A stretch of DNA of 63,208 nucleotides, counting the filler, from Chiloscyllium plagiosum (lineage: Eukaryota): assembly GCF_004010195.1 (NCBI RefSeq). It is 5 parts of one record of this genome, joined end to end, with 100 filler letters (N's around TTAATTAATTAA, not from the genome) between each part and the next. Parts side by side here need not be neighbours in the genome. Positions count along the whole stretch, not along the records: positions 1 to 28,085 come from NC_057717.1; 4 more parts are not named here. The stretch is one strand, 5' to 3'. Positions 1 to 12,550 of the stretch are shown piece after piece; position 1 is the first letter of the stretch, and each line of letters opens with the position of its first letter. A model generated the notes under the pieces. The model did not search any database and was not told the origin of the DNA. It saw only the letters and a program-made list of their open reading frames with translations. A program made the translations under genes and the position numbers.

Positions 1-282
1 CAGTCCCAATCCTCGGACTCAACACTGCCTTCTTGACCTGCAATCTTCTTCGCGACATCTCCGTCCCCACCCCTTCTCCGGCCTATCACCCTCACCTTAA
101 CCTCCTTCCACCTATCATATTCCCAACGCCCCTCCCCCAGTCCCTCCTCCCTACTTCTTCTCTTAGCCTACTTGGCACTCCCTCCTCATTCCTGAAGACG
201 GGCCTTTGCCCGAAACGTCGATTCGTCTGCTCCTTTGATGCTGCATGACCTGCTGCGTTTTTCCAGCAGCACGTTTTTCTGC
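1..282 (+). mobile_element. Penelope-like element 3' end (pLTR) with hammerhead-like motif
   Basis: Contains CCTGAAGA-C-GGGC-CTTT-GCCC-GAAACGTC followed by the GATGCTGC..GACCTGCTG..TTTTCCAGCA tail also seen at 1736, 25250, 40681, 49881 and 56515. Confidence 0.75.
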
Positions 283-1735
283 CAAAACAATTTGATGAAT
301 TTCTGCCAATGTCTGATCTGCTTGCATTTGTTAAGTAATAACAGACAGGAATGCATTCACTCTCTTTCTTGATAAATGCCTAGTGAGAAAATCATTTAGC
401 TCCTCATCTTTCTGCTGCAAACCAATCAGCTTAGCAGAGCTAAAATACTTGCATGTTTTCCAATTTGCTCCTGCTCTGTTCCACTTATCTGATCAAAAAA
501 CGTTTTGGAGACATCAGCTGCCTTATATGTGTCTTTTGATCTCTCCAACTTCAACCTGTGCATCTCTGATGTTGTGATCACACAAACAGGGAAAATTCCT
601 GGATAAACTTTCTCCGAGTCTTCAATTACCTGCATCTCCATTGGCCTTTCAACCAGAGTAGGCAGCGCGCCTACCAGTGAATCAGCTATAGTATTTGCGA
701 GGACAAACCGTATTCCTGGAGTTGAGAGTTTGTCCAGTAATACCAAACATTTCCCCTCTTCTCTGGACTCTCTAGCCTCACTTTGCATAACTGAGCACTT
801 TTTGTCTCACCATGAATTCCTGTCACCAGGACATTTTCTGACAATTGTCTCTCAGGTGTGCATATCTCCTCATCCCTCAGTATTACAGACTGAGATGATC
901 CTGTGTCCCTTAATATTATAGCCTCCTTACCTATTACTCTGGCCTAAGTAAATAAACTTTACTCTTGCATTTATTATTTTATGCAGATTTGACACGTCCT
1001 CCTTCACCCAACTCAGATCATCTTGTACATTCTGAGGCAGTTGTCCAACTTCCGTTGTGCTTTTTTGTTACTAGTCCACCAAAGCTCCCAGGCTTGTCTG
1101 GTTTTCCTACAACTGGTTTTCTCCTAGCCCACCGACGTTGATTTTGTGTGGCCCACAATTATTACAATGGAAACACTGGAGTCTTTTAACTTTTTGTCTC
1201 CCTCAAGGGTTTTTTTTTAGTCTGTGGTACATTATCCTCATGATCTTCACCGAGATCTACCTTTCCCTTTCCACGTGAGGTTATCTCTTTGCTCCAATTT
1301 CTATCCCTCATGTAATGGAATTGATTCTGGAAGCCAAACCGAGTTTATAGACCAGATCATAATCATCAGTCACTGCAGCTGCTAACCTTGCTGTTTTAAC
1401 TCTCTGCCCTTCCACAGGAGTTTGCACTCCTTCAGGCAGTCAATTTTTGAATTCCTCCAAAATACGTACCTCTGCAAGGGCAACATAGGTTTGCTTGATT
1501 TTTAACGCACTTATCTAACTATCGAAATTACTCTGTTTGATTCTTTCAAACTCAAACTAGGTTTGACCAGAGTCGCTCTTAGATTCCTGAAGCATTACCT
1601 ATAACCTTCTGGAACAAGCTCACATGCAGTGAAAATGGCTTTTTTTCATCTCCTCATACCCCCCAGATCCCTCCTCTGATAGGGATGCGAATATCTTACC
1701 AGCCCTACCTACAAGTTTTGTTTGGATCTACAAAG

Positions 1736-1921
1736 GAGAAAGTGAGGACTGCAGATGCTGGGGATCAGAGCTTAAGAATGTGTTGCTGGAAAAGCGCAGC
1801 ATGTCAGTCAGCATCAAAGGAGAAGGAGAATCGACGTTTCGGGCATAAGCCCTTCTTCAGGAATCCTTCTCCTTTGATGCTGCCAGACCTGCTGCACTTT
1901 TCCAGCAACACATTTTTAAGC
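1736..1921 (-). mobile_element. Short Penelope-derived insertion with inverted pLTR segment, inside gag
   Basis: TSD TTTGGATCTAC(A/G)AAG at 1721-1735 and 1922-1936; about 1867-1921 is an inverted copy of about 1770-1828; hammerhead motif on the minus strand at 1828-1864. Confidence 0.85.
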
Positions 1922-2668
1922 TTTGGATCTACGAAGCCCACATTGGCCCTGCCACTGCATTTGTTTAAACACCTTTTCAATTGAGAGGAAAAAGGCATCC
2001 ACATCCCTCTCATCAAATTTATGCAATGCTTGAACATACTTAAACAGCTGCTCACTTGGCTTCTGACTACCAGGGTATTGCTCATCCTCACTCTCTTCCT
2101 TACTACACATAACCTCAGCCTTTAACTCCAGCCTTTACGCTGACATTTTAAGTGTCAGTTTTTTGCTGTTCAAAAGCTCTGTATTTCTTTCTCCTCTGCA
2201 GCTCTCTCTTTTCTCTCTTTGTTCTGCTGTTCTCTCTTTTCTTTCTGTTTTGCTGCTCTCTCTTTTCTCTTTCTTCTGTCTAATCATAACTGTTTCGTTT
2301 CTGCTGCCCTTCCCTTAGCTCTCGCCGCTAACTCAAGCTGCTTCATTTGCAATTGAATTCTTGCTAGCTCTGTAGATTCTGATGGTTTCTACAGCACGTT
2401 GAATTGATGAACTCCTGCTGTACTTATCTCTCCTTTCCTCCCAGAAGCAGGCAGTTCCAATTCCAGCTTCCCTACTAATTCTTGCAACTTTGTCTTATTC
2501 ACCTTTTGTAAAACTTCCAAAGTCACTGCATCCACAATCAGAAAACGTTTGGCGAGTCAAAAAGCCATTAGTATCCCAAGCTTTGTCTACCCAACGAAAC
2601 CAATACCTGAAATAAAGACACTAGCACCTACCACTCGCTGTTTAAAATCCCGCAAAGAGCCCCAAATC

Positions 2669-3295
2669 CGTTATGGACTCAGCTAGACAACTGAAAACTT
2701 TCTTAAGCAGGCAGCTGAGAGCATAACTTTGCAATTTGTTCTGCTAAGTGTATAATGTAAATTACCGGAGTAAAATAGCTAGTTTGTATACTAGAAAATT
2801 ACACAATGAAGCACAAAGAACAGAATAAAGAACACCGACAAAATTCAACCTATCCAGCTAGGTTTACTTATGCTGTTCCGAATACACACAACAGTCCCTA
2901 TAAGCAAATTCACTTTAAAAAACAGTAGAAATGGAACACATGCTTATGGGTTGAAGGTGAAGAGCACAAAAGAGACAGAGTTTCCACAGAGCTCCCTGTT
3001 GAACTTCCCAGTTCAAGATACAACTGAAAACTGCTCAGCTAGTTCAGCTAAAAGAGCTGACCTCTTTCATTATACAGGTCACTCCTAAAGCACTTTAGCC
3101 TAAAGTCTCGTCTGTTTACACATAAACAAAAGGCCTCTGGAAATTATTTTCATCTCTGTATGAAACCAGACTTACTGGACTCAGGTCCTGTTTTATTAAC
3201 CCTCTAAAAAAAAAGTCAAGGACAGAGTCTTCTTGAACCAAGGAACAGCTTTTTTTTTTGGGGGGGGGAGGGGGGGAAGATCTAGCTTTGTGAAG
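2669..3295 (-). repeat. 5' LTR of the Gypsy element
   Basis: Ends resemble the solo LTR at 6814-7439 (CACAAAGCTAG at the start, CC.TAAC at the end); immediately followed by a tRNA-Pro-like PBS. Confidence 0.75.
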
Positions 3296-4199
3296 ACAGG
3301 CTAGTATTTTGTACGGCGGTCAGAAGCTGGTGGGGATGGTTAAGTCTATCAGAAGGTGGATGCTGACAGATTTGCGATCAACATGACGTTCAGTACAGGG
3401 TCACACATGATATGCACTTTGAGACGATGAAAGTTGATTCAGAACCTGGAGCTCTCTCACAACCAACATGGGGGTTCCACAGAGCTACGTAAAACATTAT
3501 AGTATCACAAAATACTACAGCATGGAGTCAGGCCCTTTAGCCCAAACTGGTTCATGTCGACCAAAATGTCAATCCATGCTCACCCTGTTTCCCTGCACTT
3601 GGCACAAATACTTCTAAACCTTTCCTATCTATATATTTGCCCAAATGTGAGGACATATATCGCGGAATACATGTTATATTTCACGATATGAAAGTTTTGT
3701 TTTGGAAATCATGAGTGTTTTGTCCATAAAATTCAAATTTAATGCAATCAGTTTTTTATTCTTTTGTAGCATTACAGATTAAAATCTCATTTCTTTCACT
3801 CTCCTCATGGTACCATCACCGTAGGGATTAGTCTGGTGTAAATCCTTTACAATGTCTCTCTGTAGCAAGGAGATAATTCATTAAAGTGATCAAAGTAATG
3901 TCTCAATAACACACTAAAACTGCAGGAAGGTGTCTTCACACTTATATTTTAATGATTTTGCAATGAAGAACACCAGACATTTACTGTGCTGATTACTTGC
4001 TGCTCCGTATGAATTCTGGTGGTGACTAATGACAAAGGACATCCAGCTCCTTTTCACCAAAAGCACTTACCATCATCTCGCCTTCTTATAAATACAAAAT
4101 AAGAAGGATAGTATGTTTTGCCAAATCATTTTGATGCCTTGCAAAACGCTATGCTTGAAGCTCAGCCACGCAAACAGCAACACCACAATTGCCATTGGA

Positions 4200-4680
4200 G
4201 ATAGTTGGCGATGCTGTGAAGGCGATGGCCCAGCTGTATTATCTCTGGAACATTAAACTAGGGACGCGGGTGATGATACAGACCCCGGATTCGAATCCCA
4301 CCACGCCAAATGTTGGAATTTTCATTGAATAAAATATCAGGAATTGAGAATCAAATAAAACAACGAAATCATTCTGTTTGTCCTACCTGGCTCCCTCATG
4401 CCCTTCGGGGAAGGAAATCTACCTTCTTCACCTGGTTGGGCCGACGTGTAACTCCAGATCCACAGCAATGTGGTTTACACTCAGTTGCAGTTTGAAATGG
4501 CCAAGCCATTCACTCAATTTTATCATTCACTACAAAGTCTCAAAGAAATGAAACCGGACATAACTAAGCACTGACTAGTGACAGACAATGGGTCAGGAAG
4601 GCAGCTTACCAACACCTTCTCAAGAACAATGAGGAAAGGGAATTAAATGCCGTCTCTGAGTCCATTAATGAATAAAAGAA
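4200..4680 (+). mobile_element. tRNA-derived Deu-domain SINE (SacSINE1-like)
   Basis: B-box-like GGATTCGAATCCC, central CCACAGCAATGTGGTT..GAAATGGCC motif, ATGAATAAAA tail; family name from recall. Confidence 0.55.
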
Positions 4681-5928
4681 GATGGTCACAGTCAGGGAAT
4701 AGAGACAAAAGGACATAACTCCCTTTAAACAGTGACTTTGATGTATGCTCTTCATGTTCACAATTTTCAGTAAAATGGGAACAGGTGAGAAATAAATAAG
4801 ATTTTTTTTTATTTCCAAACCAGCTGATCATCAACAATCCCTTTGATTGCTTCTTTCTCTCTATTTCTCTCTTTCACCATTTCTTCAACTCGCCCTTCTC
4901 CCCTTCACAACAGACACCCCTGCCACCAACATCAATCACACTATTACCCAGCTGTGTTCAGTTCTGATGTATGGTCATTGGACTCGAAATGCCAATTCTG
5001 TTTTGTTCTCGACCCGGGCGTGCCAAATCTGCTCAGTTTATTTGGCACTTTCACGTTCTTTTCGTTTACAATCTGGAGCATCATTCTTTGTTGTATTTAA
5101 CCTTTAATGTTGTTATAAAATGAGATGCCTGCATTGCTGAAAGGGGCAGCATTGGTTGACCTCACTATATACCCGTTACTGTGAGGTCATTCGTTCAAGC
5201 AGGGTAGAGCCAAGCACATTGCTGTGAGTCTGACGCCAGTCTTAAGCCAGACCAGGTAATAATGCTGGATTTCTTTACCAAAGAACATCATTGAAATTGA
5301 TAAACTTATTGATAAAGTGCTGGTGATGTCATAGTTGATGTTAGTGAAATTCGCTTTTATTTCCAATTCCTGTCATTTGGATTTAGGTTCTGACGTCATC
5401 TGTGGTAGCGTGTGAAACAGTGTCTTTCGTGTAATAGCCTGTGGCTCTGAAATACATGGCCAGCAACATTCCTATTCCAACACAGTGTCCCTATCATGAA
5501 TTTACTTCAGATATACGAACAAGGTTGTGATGCAAATAATTGCAACTGAAAGAGTGCTTAGAACAGAGCTGGAACTATGAAGCATTAATTTAGCAAGGCA
5601 TAGATAATGGTTGATTTCGCAATAGCACTAAAGCCAGATGGGGACTGGGGATATTACGGAGTGGGTAGTGGATAGGTTTGGTGATGGAGAAAATACCAAG
5701 ACGTAAAACAATTCAGACCAAAATGGGAAATCATGATTGTGAACAATCTTGTTCTCAGATGTTTGTGAGGATGGTGGTTGGGGGTGCAAATTTGGAGTTC
5801 TGATAATGAATGGAATTGAAACTGAAAACAATAGTTATCCGTATTTGCAAAATATAGGAAACAGAAATAGCAATGAAGTTCACCATGATTTATGAGATTA
5901 ATACTTGGAAAAAGATGGGGAGACTTAC

Positions 5929-6103
5929 CAGGAACACCAACAATAGCGAGCATGGGATAGTAACCCGACTGAATAATCAGCAGTACACCATATATCCACC
6001 AGCGTAATGTTGTCCAAGACGCAGAGAGAAAATAAATACCCGCGGATAAACTCCTGTCCATTGTTGTAACACTCCAGTGTAATGTTCTCAGATTCTGATC
6101 CAT
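5929..6103 (-). CDS. First coding exon (copy A) of a GPR139/GPR142-like GPCR: N-terminus and start of TM1
   Basis: MDQNLRTLHWSVTTMDRSLSAGIYFLSASWTTLRWWIYGVLLIIQSGYYPMLAIVGVP then G|GTAAGT (phase 1). YYPxLAIVGVP ending at an intron matches my recall of chondrichthyan GPR139-like genes. Alternative ATG at 6061. Confidence 0.8.
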
Positions 6104-6813
6104 TATTGTAAAATTCCAGTCTATGGCTCTCAGATTCTGATTTCTCCTCTCCCTGTCTCTGTAGCTGTTGATCCCTGTCTGTCTCGGATTGATGCATCTG
6201 CTGCTACAATGGAATACACATTGAAAGAATACCCTTACTAATTGGAGAGGGAATTCCTGCAGTGACATAATTAGAATCCATGCAGACTGACATCAATCAC
6301 AGTCACTGAACAAACAGTTCGAGTTAACCCCTTAACGTATGGTAACTGGACTGGATTGAACGCTGACATCGCTGGCGATTGGTCTCATCTGCCATCATAA
6401 ATTGCTCTTATGAAGTCAGTTGTGAGGAAGAATGACGGATGTTTCCTTATTGCAGGTTAGATAATTCTGCTGTGTTGTCTGTTTGCAAAGTTGTAACCAC
6501 CTGAACCCCACATCCCAGCCCCCATCAAAGACAACACAATCAAGACGTTGTTACTTTGCTGATCTCTCCTCCACTAGAACAGGCACCAACCAATAGATTT
6601 ACAGTGGGCATATTTGCACTCCAATACACAGGTAGTGTATATTTGCCTGGGCATTTCTCTCGTTGCTCTAATAAGGCAATTTTGTATCTTCAACACACAA
6701 TGCGTTTCAGCACTGTTTTATGCAAATTCACAAACATATTTATACCCTTTATTGACTTCAAAGCAGTAAGTCTTACAGTTTTTGCATTCAGTTCAAAGCC
6801 AAGTGTGACATGT

Positions 6814-7439
6814 TGTCACAAAGCTAGTCCCTTTACAAGGTTTCGTTGTCATTGATTTTTATTTTCCAGAGAAGTTCTAAATGATGCAAGGTTCCAACAT
6901 GCCTGAATGTTGAGTATTTCATTGAGGCCCTTTTGTTTATACATGTCAGATAATCCCTCAGGCAAAAGGCTTTCAAGTCTTTAAAGTAAAACTGATACAA
7001 TCAAGGGCGCGTGGCCAGCTCTTTGGTTGTGCAGGTCAGTTCAGTTCAGGGGTTAGTTGAGTCAGGGTCACTCTTGAAGCTGGACGCTGCCCCCCTTCTT
7101 CTGCCCTTTGAATTTCTAACATTTTAGCGTTTTGTGTCATCTTTACTCTTTATGCTAAGGGGTTTGTTTATTGGGATTGTTGCAAGTATTTTGGAACAGT
7201 ATCGTTAAGTCGGGATAGTCTGTCGGGTTCGGATAGGTTGAGTTATTCGGTAGTCTGTTTACAGTTCATTGTGTTTCATTCCGTAATTTGTAAATAAATG
7301 CTATTTGTTTAAAAATCGGCAGTGTGACCAGCAAATTTCCTCATCGAATATGCACCATACACTTACCTTCAAATATCACAGTTACGGTCTGGGCTAGATG
7401 CTTACATATATTTTGAAGGGTCTGGCCTAGTCCTTAACA
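6814..7439 (+). mobile_element. Solo LTR (Gypsy), related to the 2669-3295 LTR
   Basis: TGTCACA...TTAACA ends, 4-bp TSD ATGT (6810-6813 and 7440-7443), internal AATAAA. Confidence 0.85.
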
Positions 7440-8449
7440 ATGTACAACAACCTTGTTCATTAAAACCCAAGGTTTAATGAATCAGGGATGGAACAAATAT
7501 GATATTGGCTGGGAGACCGAAAGGACTGGAGCCAATGGCTGAGCAGACTTGAGGGGAGTACAGTAAAATCTCCCAGTCACGATTATTCAACCCTCACTCT
7601 TTCTCACAAATTGAATGAAATTCAATGCAGAGTGAGAGAACAGATGACATTTGGGAGATGAAATGCTGAACGATAATGTGAATAGAAAAGGCAATTTTAA
7701 ATGTGTTGGATGGAATTATATTTTACAGATAGAGTGTTTAATCATAGGGTATACAGGTTGATAAAATTGTTTATATCTGAACGGATATTCAGAATCAAAA
7801 AACAGACACATAACAAAATGAGTGGGGTTACAGGGAGTTACAGCAGGATTAGCGTGGATGTATTGCTCATTCCGAACTGGTAATGAGATGATAGGCTGTG
7901 TAACCACCATCTTTATTATAATTAATCTGCGAAATGTATTTAAAAGATTTCAGAGCATGTGGGGACAAGCTTATTAATTAAGGACAAAACTGACGTCATC
8001 ATCAATAATCTATTCCTGGTGTTTCATAAAGTGTAGCTATCTCTAAAATGTTTTTCAAATCAAAATATATTTGTTGATATTTGCGCATTTAAGGGGATAT
8101 TGGCAAAATGCTATTTTTGGATCTTAAAGAAGAAACAGAGTCTAGTTTAATACGAGTGTCACCGGCACAAGTCACAGGAACAGGAATGGAGCAAATTATG
8201 TAAATATAACATCTAGACCCATCCAGAAAAGCGACACATTAGAGATAATGGAAATCAGACATACAAGCACAAAATGGTAGAGAAGTGCAACAGATAAGGC
8301 AGGATATGGAAAGAGAAGCAATGTTAACATATCCAGGCTTATATGAACCTGTTCTGAACAAATCATATTGGATTAAAAATAGTTAATCGTGTTCTTCTCT
8401 GTTCCAATGCCACCAGGACTGCTGAGTTTCTCTCCAACACTTTCAACTG

Positions 8450-8710
8450 GCATAATAACAGGCCACAGAGAGTAATGGTGGGTGGTTGCTTTTGGACTCA
8501 GGCCTGTGACAAACAGTGTTCCACAGAGGTTGCGTCTGGGTTTTCATTGTTTGGTCATTTATGTAAATGATTTGGATGAGAATATAAAAAGCATGGTTAG
8601 TAAGTTTGCAGATGACACTAAAACTGCTGGCACAGTGGACAGTGAAGAAGGCTTTCTAATATTACAAAAGGATCTTGATCAATTTGGTCAATAGGCTGAC
8701 AAATAGCAGA
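8450..8710 (+). mobile_element. CR1 LINE RT fragment
   Basis: YVNDLDENIKSMVSKFADDTK. Confidence 0.85.
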
Positions 8711-9909
8711 GGTGAAGACAATAGTATGTGTTTGCCGCTGTCTGTTGCACTGGGAATGGAATGATTTTATTCCCCATCTGCTGTGATACAACATAAAGAT
8801 GTCCTCCTTAATCTTTAAGAGACCTTGCCCAATCCCTGGTTACCTTCTTGCTCTTAATGTATTTGTACAATATCTTTAGACTATCCTTAACCTTATCTGT
8901 CCATGCTATCTCATGTCTCCTTTTTGCTTTCCTGATTTCTCTCTAAGTAATGTCCAACACGCTTTATATCGGTTAAGAGATTCAATTGATTAAATTTGTC
9001 AATATCTAAATTAAGATTCTCTTTTATTCTTGAGTAGAGTCTCAATAACTTTAGTTATCCATTATTCCTTAATCTTACCAGCCTTACCCTTCACTCTAAC
9101 AAGAACATAATGCCTCTCAATTCTCATTGTCATACTTTTGAATGCCTTCCATTAGTCTGACATTCTATTCACCTGCTAACAGTCTCCTCCAAGCAAAGTT
9201 GGAAAATCCTTGTCTCATGCCATTAAAATTTATGGTACTCCAATTAAAAAATAATATTAATGTAAGGCTTATCCTTTTCCATAACCATTCTGAAACGAAT
9301 AGAATTATGATCGCAACAGCCAACGTATTCGCCCACTGTTACTTCAGTTACTTGCCCTGCAATTGCACAAAAGAAGGTCTAGTTTTGTTCCTTTTCTAGT
9401 CGGACAACCGCATATAGATAAAGAAATTTTTCTTGAACACATTTGACAAATTCTTCATCGTCCAAATCTTTAACACTAAGGTAGTAACAGTGAAGTTTTG
9501 AAAATTTAAAATCCCCATTATTGCCATCTTCTTATGCTTACATCGAGCTGATATCTCCCCATATATTTGTTCTTAATTTCTTCCTTATTATTGGGGAGCA
9601 CACAGTACAATTCCATCAACGTGTTCTTTCCTTTCTGACTTTTAATTTCGACTAGTATATTTTCACTGGACGATTTATCACAAATGAGCAGGTAGCATAA
9701 TCTCTTCGAAGTGATCTTTACTTTCTTATTTTTAATTTCTACCCATATATTTTAACTGGACGAATGTTTAGAAATATCTTTCCTAGTTAGAGCAATCATT
9801 TATTCCTTAATCAAGATTTCCAGCCCTGCCCACCCACCACTCCTCTACCTATGTCTCCTTTTCTATCCTTTCTGTAATATCTAACACCTGGAGATTGAAT
9901 TACCACTCT

Positions 9910-12550
9910 TAGAACAAAGAACATACAATAATACAGCGCGGAACCAGCCCTTCAGCCCTCGATGTTGCGCTGACCTGTGAAGTATTCTCAGCTCATCCCA
10001 AAATCATCCATGTGCTTGGCTAAGGATGGTTTAAATCCCCTAATGTTGCTGAGTTGACTACATTAGCTGTTAGGGCATTCCAAGCCCTTACCACTGTCTG
10101 CGTAAAGAACCTGCGTCTGACAGTTGTCTTAAATACATCACCCTTCAATTTGTAGCCACGCCCCCTCGTACTCGCTGACGTCATCACCCTAGGGAAAAGA
10201 CATTCACTGTCCACTCTATCTAATCCTCTGATCATCTTGCATGTCTCTACAAAAAAAAACTCTCTTAGCCTTCTTCTTTCCAATGAGAACAGACCCAAGT
10301 CTCAGACTTTCCTCTTAAGACCTTCCCTCCAGACCAGGCACAATCCTGGTAAATCTCCTCTGCACCTTTTCCAATGCGTCCACATCCTTCCTGTAATAGG
10401 GCGAGCAGAAATGTACACAATATTTGAATTGTGGCCACACAAACGTTTTGTACAGTTGCAGCATGATATTGTGGCTCTGGAACTCAATCCTTCTACGAAC
10501 GAAACCTAACTCATCGTATGCCCTCTTAACAGCACAATCAACCTGGGTGACAACTTTCAGGGATCAATTTACATGGACTCAAAATCACTCTGCACAACCA
10601 CACTACCAAGAATATTTCCATTGACCCAGTACTCTGCCTTCCTGCTATTCTTCCCAAAGTGCATCACCTCACATTTAGCTGCATTGAAATCCATTTGCCA
10701 CCATTCAGCCCAGATCTGCAGTTTATCCAAGTCCCCCTGCAACCTGTAACATTTTTCCACACTGTCCACTACTCCACCAACTTTAGTGTCGTCTGCAAAT
10801 TTACTAATCATTCACCTATGCCTGCGACTAAGTCATTTATAAAGATGACAAACAGCAGTGGTCCCAAAACAGATCCTTGTGGCACACCACTCGTAATCGG
10901 GCTCCAGGCTGAATATTTTCCATCAACCACCACTCTCTGCCTTCTTTCAGAAAGCTAGTTTCAAATCCAAACTGCTTAATCACCCTCAACTCCACGCCTC
11001 TGCATTTTGTCCAACAGCCTACCAAGTGGAACCTTATCAAAGGCTTAACTGACGTCCATGTATACCACGTCAACTGCCCCAGCTTCATCTACATTATTGG
11101 TCATCTTCTCAAAAACCTCAATGAGGTTTGTGAGACACGACCTGCCCTTGATGAAATCATGTTGTCTATCTGAAATCAAGTTGTTGCTTGCTTAATGATT
11201 ATATATCTTATCTATTATAATCCTTTCCAAAACCTTTCCTACAACAGACGTAAGGCTCACTGGTCTATAATTACCTGGGTCGTCTCTCCTGCCCTTCTTG
11301 AACAAGGGCACAACATTCGCAATCCTTCAGTCCTTGGCTACGAAACCTGTAGACAATGATAACTCAAATATCAAAGCAACGGCTCTGCTATGTGCTCCCT
11401 AGCTTCTCAGAGAATCCTTGGATAAATCCCATCCGGTCCAGGGGACTTTCACTCCTTCAAGAATGATAACACCTGTTCGTAACGAACCTCGATCATTTCT
11501 AGTCTAATATCTCGTACCTCATTCTTCTCCTATACAATATTCTTCTTTTCCTGAGTGAAAACTGATGAGAAATATTTGTTTAGCAACTCTCCGATCTCCA
11601 TTGGATCCACACTCAACTTCCCACTTCTGTCTTTGACTGGCCCTATTCCTACCCTAATCATCCTTTTATTCCTCACAAACCTATAGAAAGCTTTTGGATT
11701 CTGCTTTATTCTATTTGATAAAGACTGCTCGTGTCCTCTCTTTTCTCTTCTTAACTCTCTCTTTAAATCCTTCCTAGCTGATCTGTAACTTTTCATCACC
11801 TCATCTGAAACAGCTTGCCTCATCTTCTTAACAAGAGATGCAATTTCTGTAGTAAACCACGGTTCCCTTAACATATCACTTCATCCCTGTCTGAACGGGA
11901 GAAGCGTATCACGCACACACAATAACTGTTCCTGAAATCAGCTCCACATTTCCATTGTCTGCATCCCCTGTATTTTGCTATTTCATTCTATGCATCCTAA
12001 TTCTTGCCTAATCGCATTATAATTGCCCTTACCCATCGATTACCCTTGACCTGTGGCATGTATCTATCCCTTTCCATCGCTAAACTAAACGTAACTGAAT
12101 TATGGTCACTCTCTCCAAAGTGTTCAACTACAACTAAATCAAACACCTAGCCTGGTTCATTACCAAGCACAAGATCCAGTGTGAGCTCTCCTCTGAACAC
12201 ATTGGACAAAAAACTGATCCAGCCGACATGCGGGAGTTACTAAGTTACAGCATTTCAAGTCAATGTTAAAGAAGTTAAAGTCACCCATACTAACCACCCT
12301 GTTCCTTTCACTCCTACCTAGAATAATTTTGCTAATCCTCTCTTCCATCTCCCTGGAACTCTGGGGAGGCTATAAAAAACTCCAAGCAGTTTGACCTACC
12401 TCTCCTGTTTCTAACCTCAGCCCACATTACCTCAGTAGACGAGTCCTCATCAAAATTTCTCAGAGCCACCATTATACTATCGGTGGTTAACAAGGCCACG
12501 CCTCCTCCTCTTTCACCACCTTGCCTGTTCTTAATGAAAGATCTTGAACA
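9910..12550 (-). mobile_element. Younger CR1 LINE ORF2 (EN-RT) with 3' tail, degenerate
   Basis: ORF fragments SKFADDTKVGG, EPWFTTEIASLVKK, MGDFN and RGGGVALL; 3' tail near 9910-9960. Confidence 0.9.

Larger units (their letters stand above)
283..3295 (-). mobile_element. Gmr1-like Ty3/Gypsy LTR retrotransposon, 5' part (LTR, PBS, gag, protease), degenerate
   Basis: LTR about 2669-3295; PBS-like TGGGGCTCTTTGCGGGAT (2647-2664); gag with coiled coil and FDERDVDAFFLSIEK segment; degenerate Zn knuckle near 1150; protease ILRDTGSSQS near 885-915; similar to the 23650-27503 element. Confidence 0.8.

Noticed and set aside
2170..2290. CT-rich low-complexity tracts (also 27170-27360) as separate repeats
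   Set aside because: They encode the E/R/K coiled coil of Gypsy gag on the minus strand.
5654..6268. 204-aa ORF as a complete single-exon gene
   Set aside because: GPCR-like sequence stops at the GTAAGT donor (5929), which is conserved in three paralogues; the remainder is intron and UTR readthrough.
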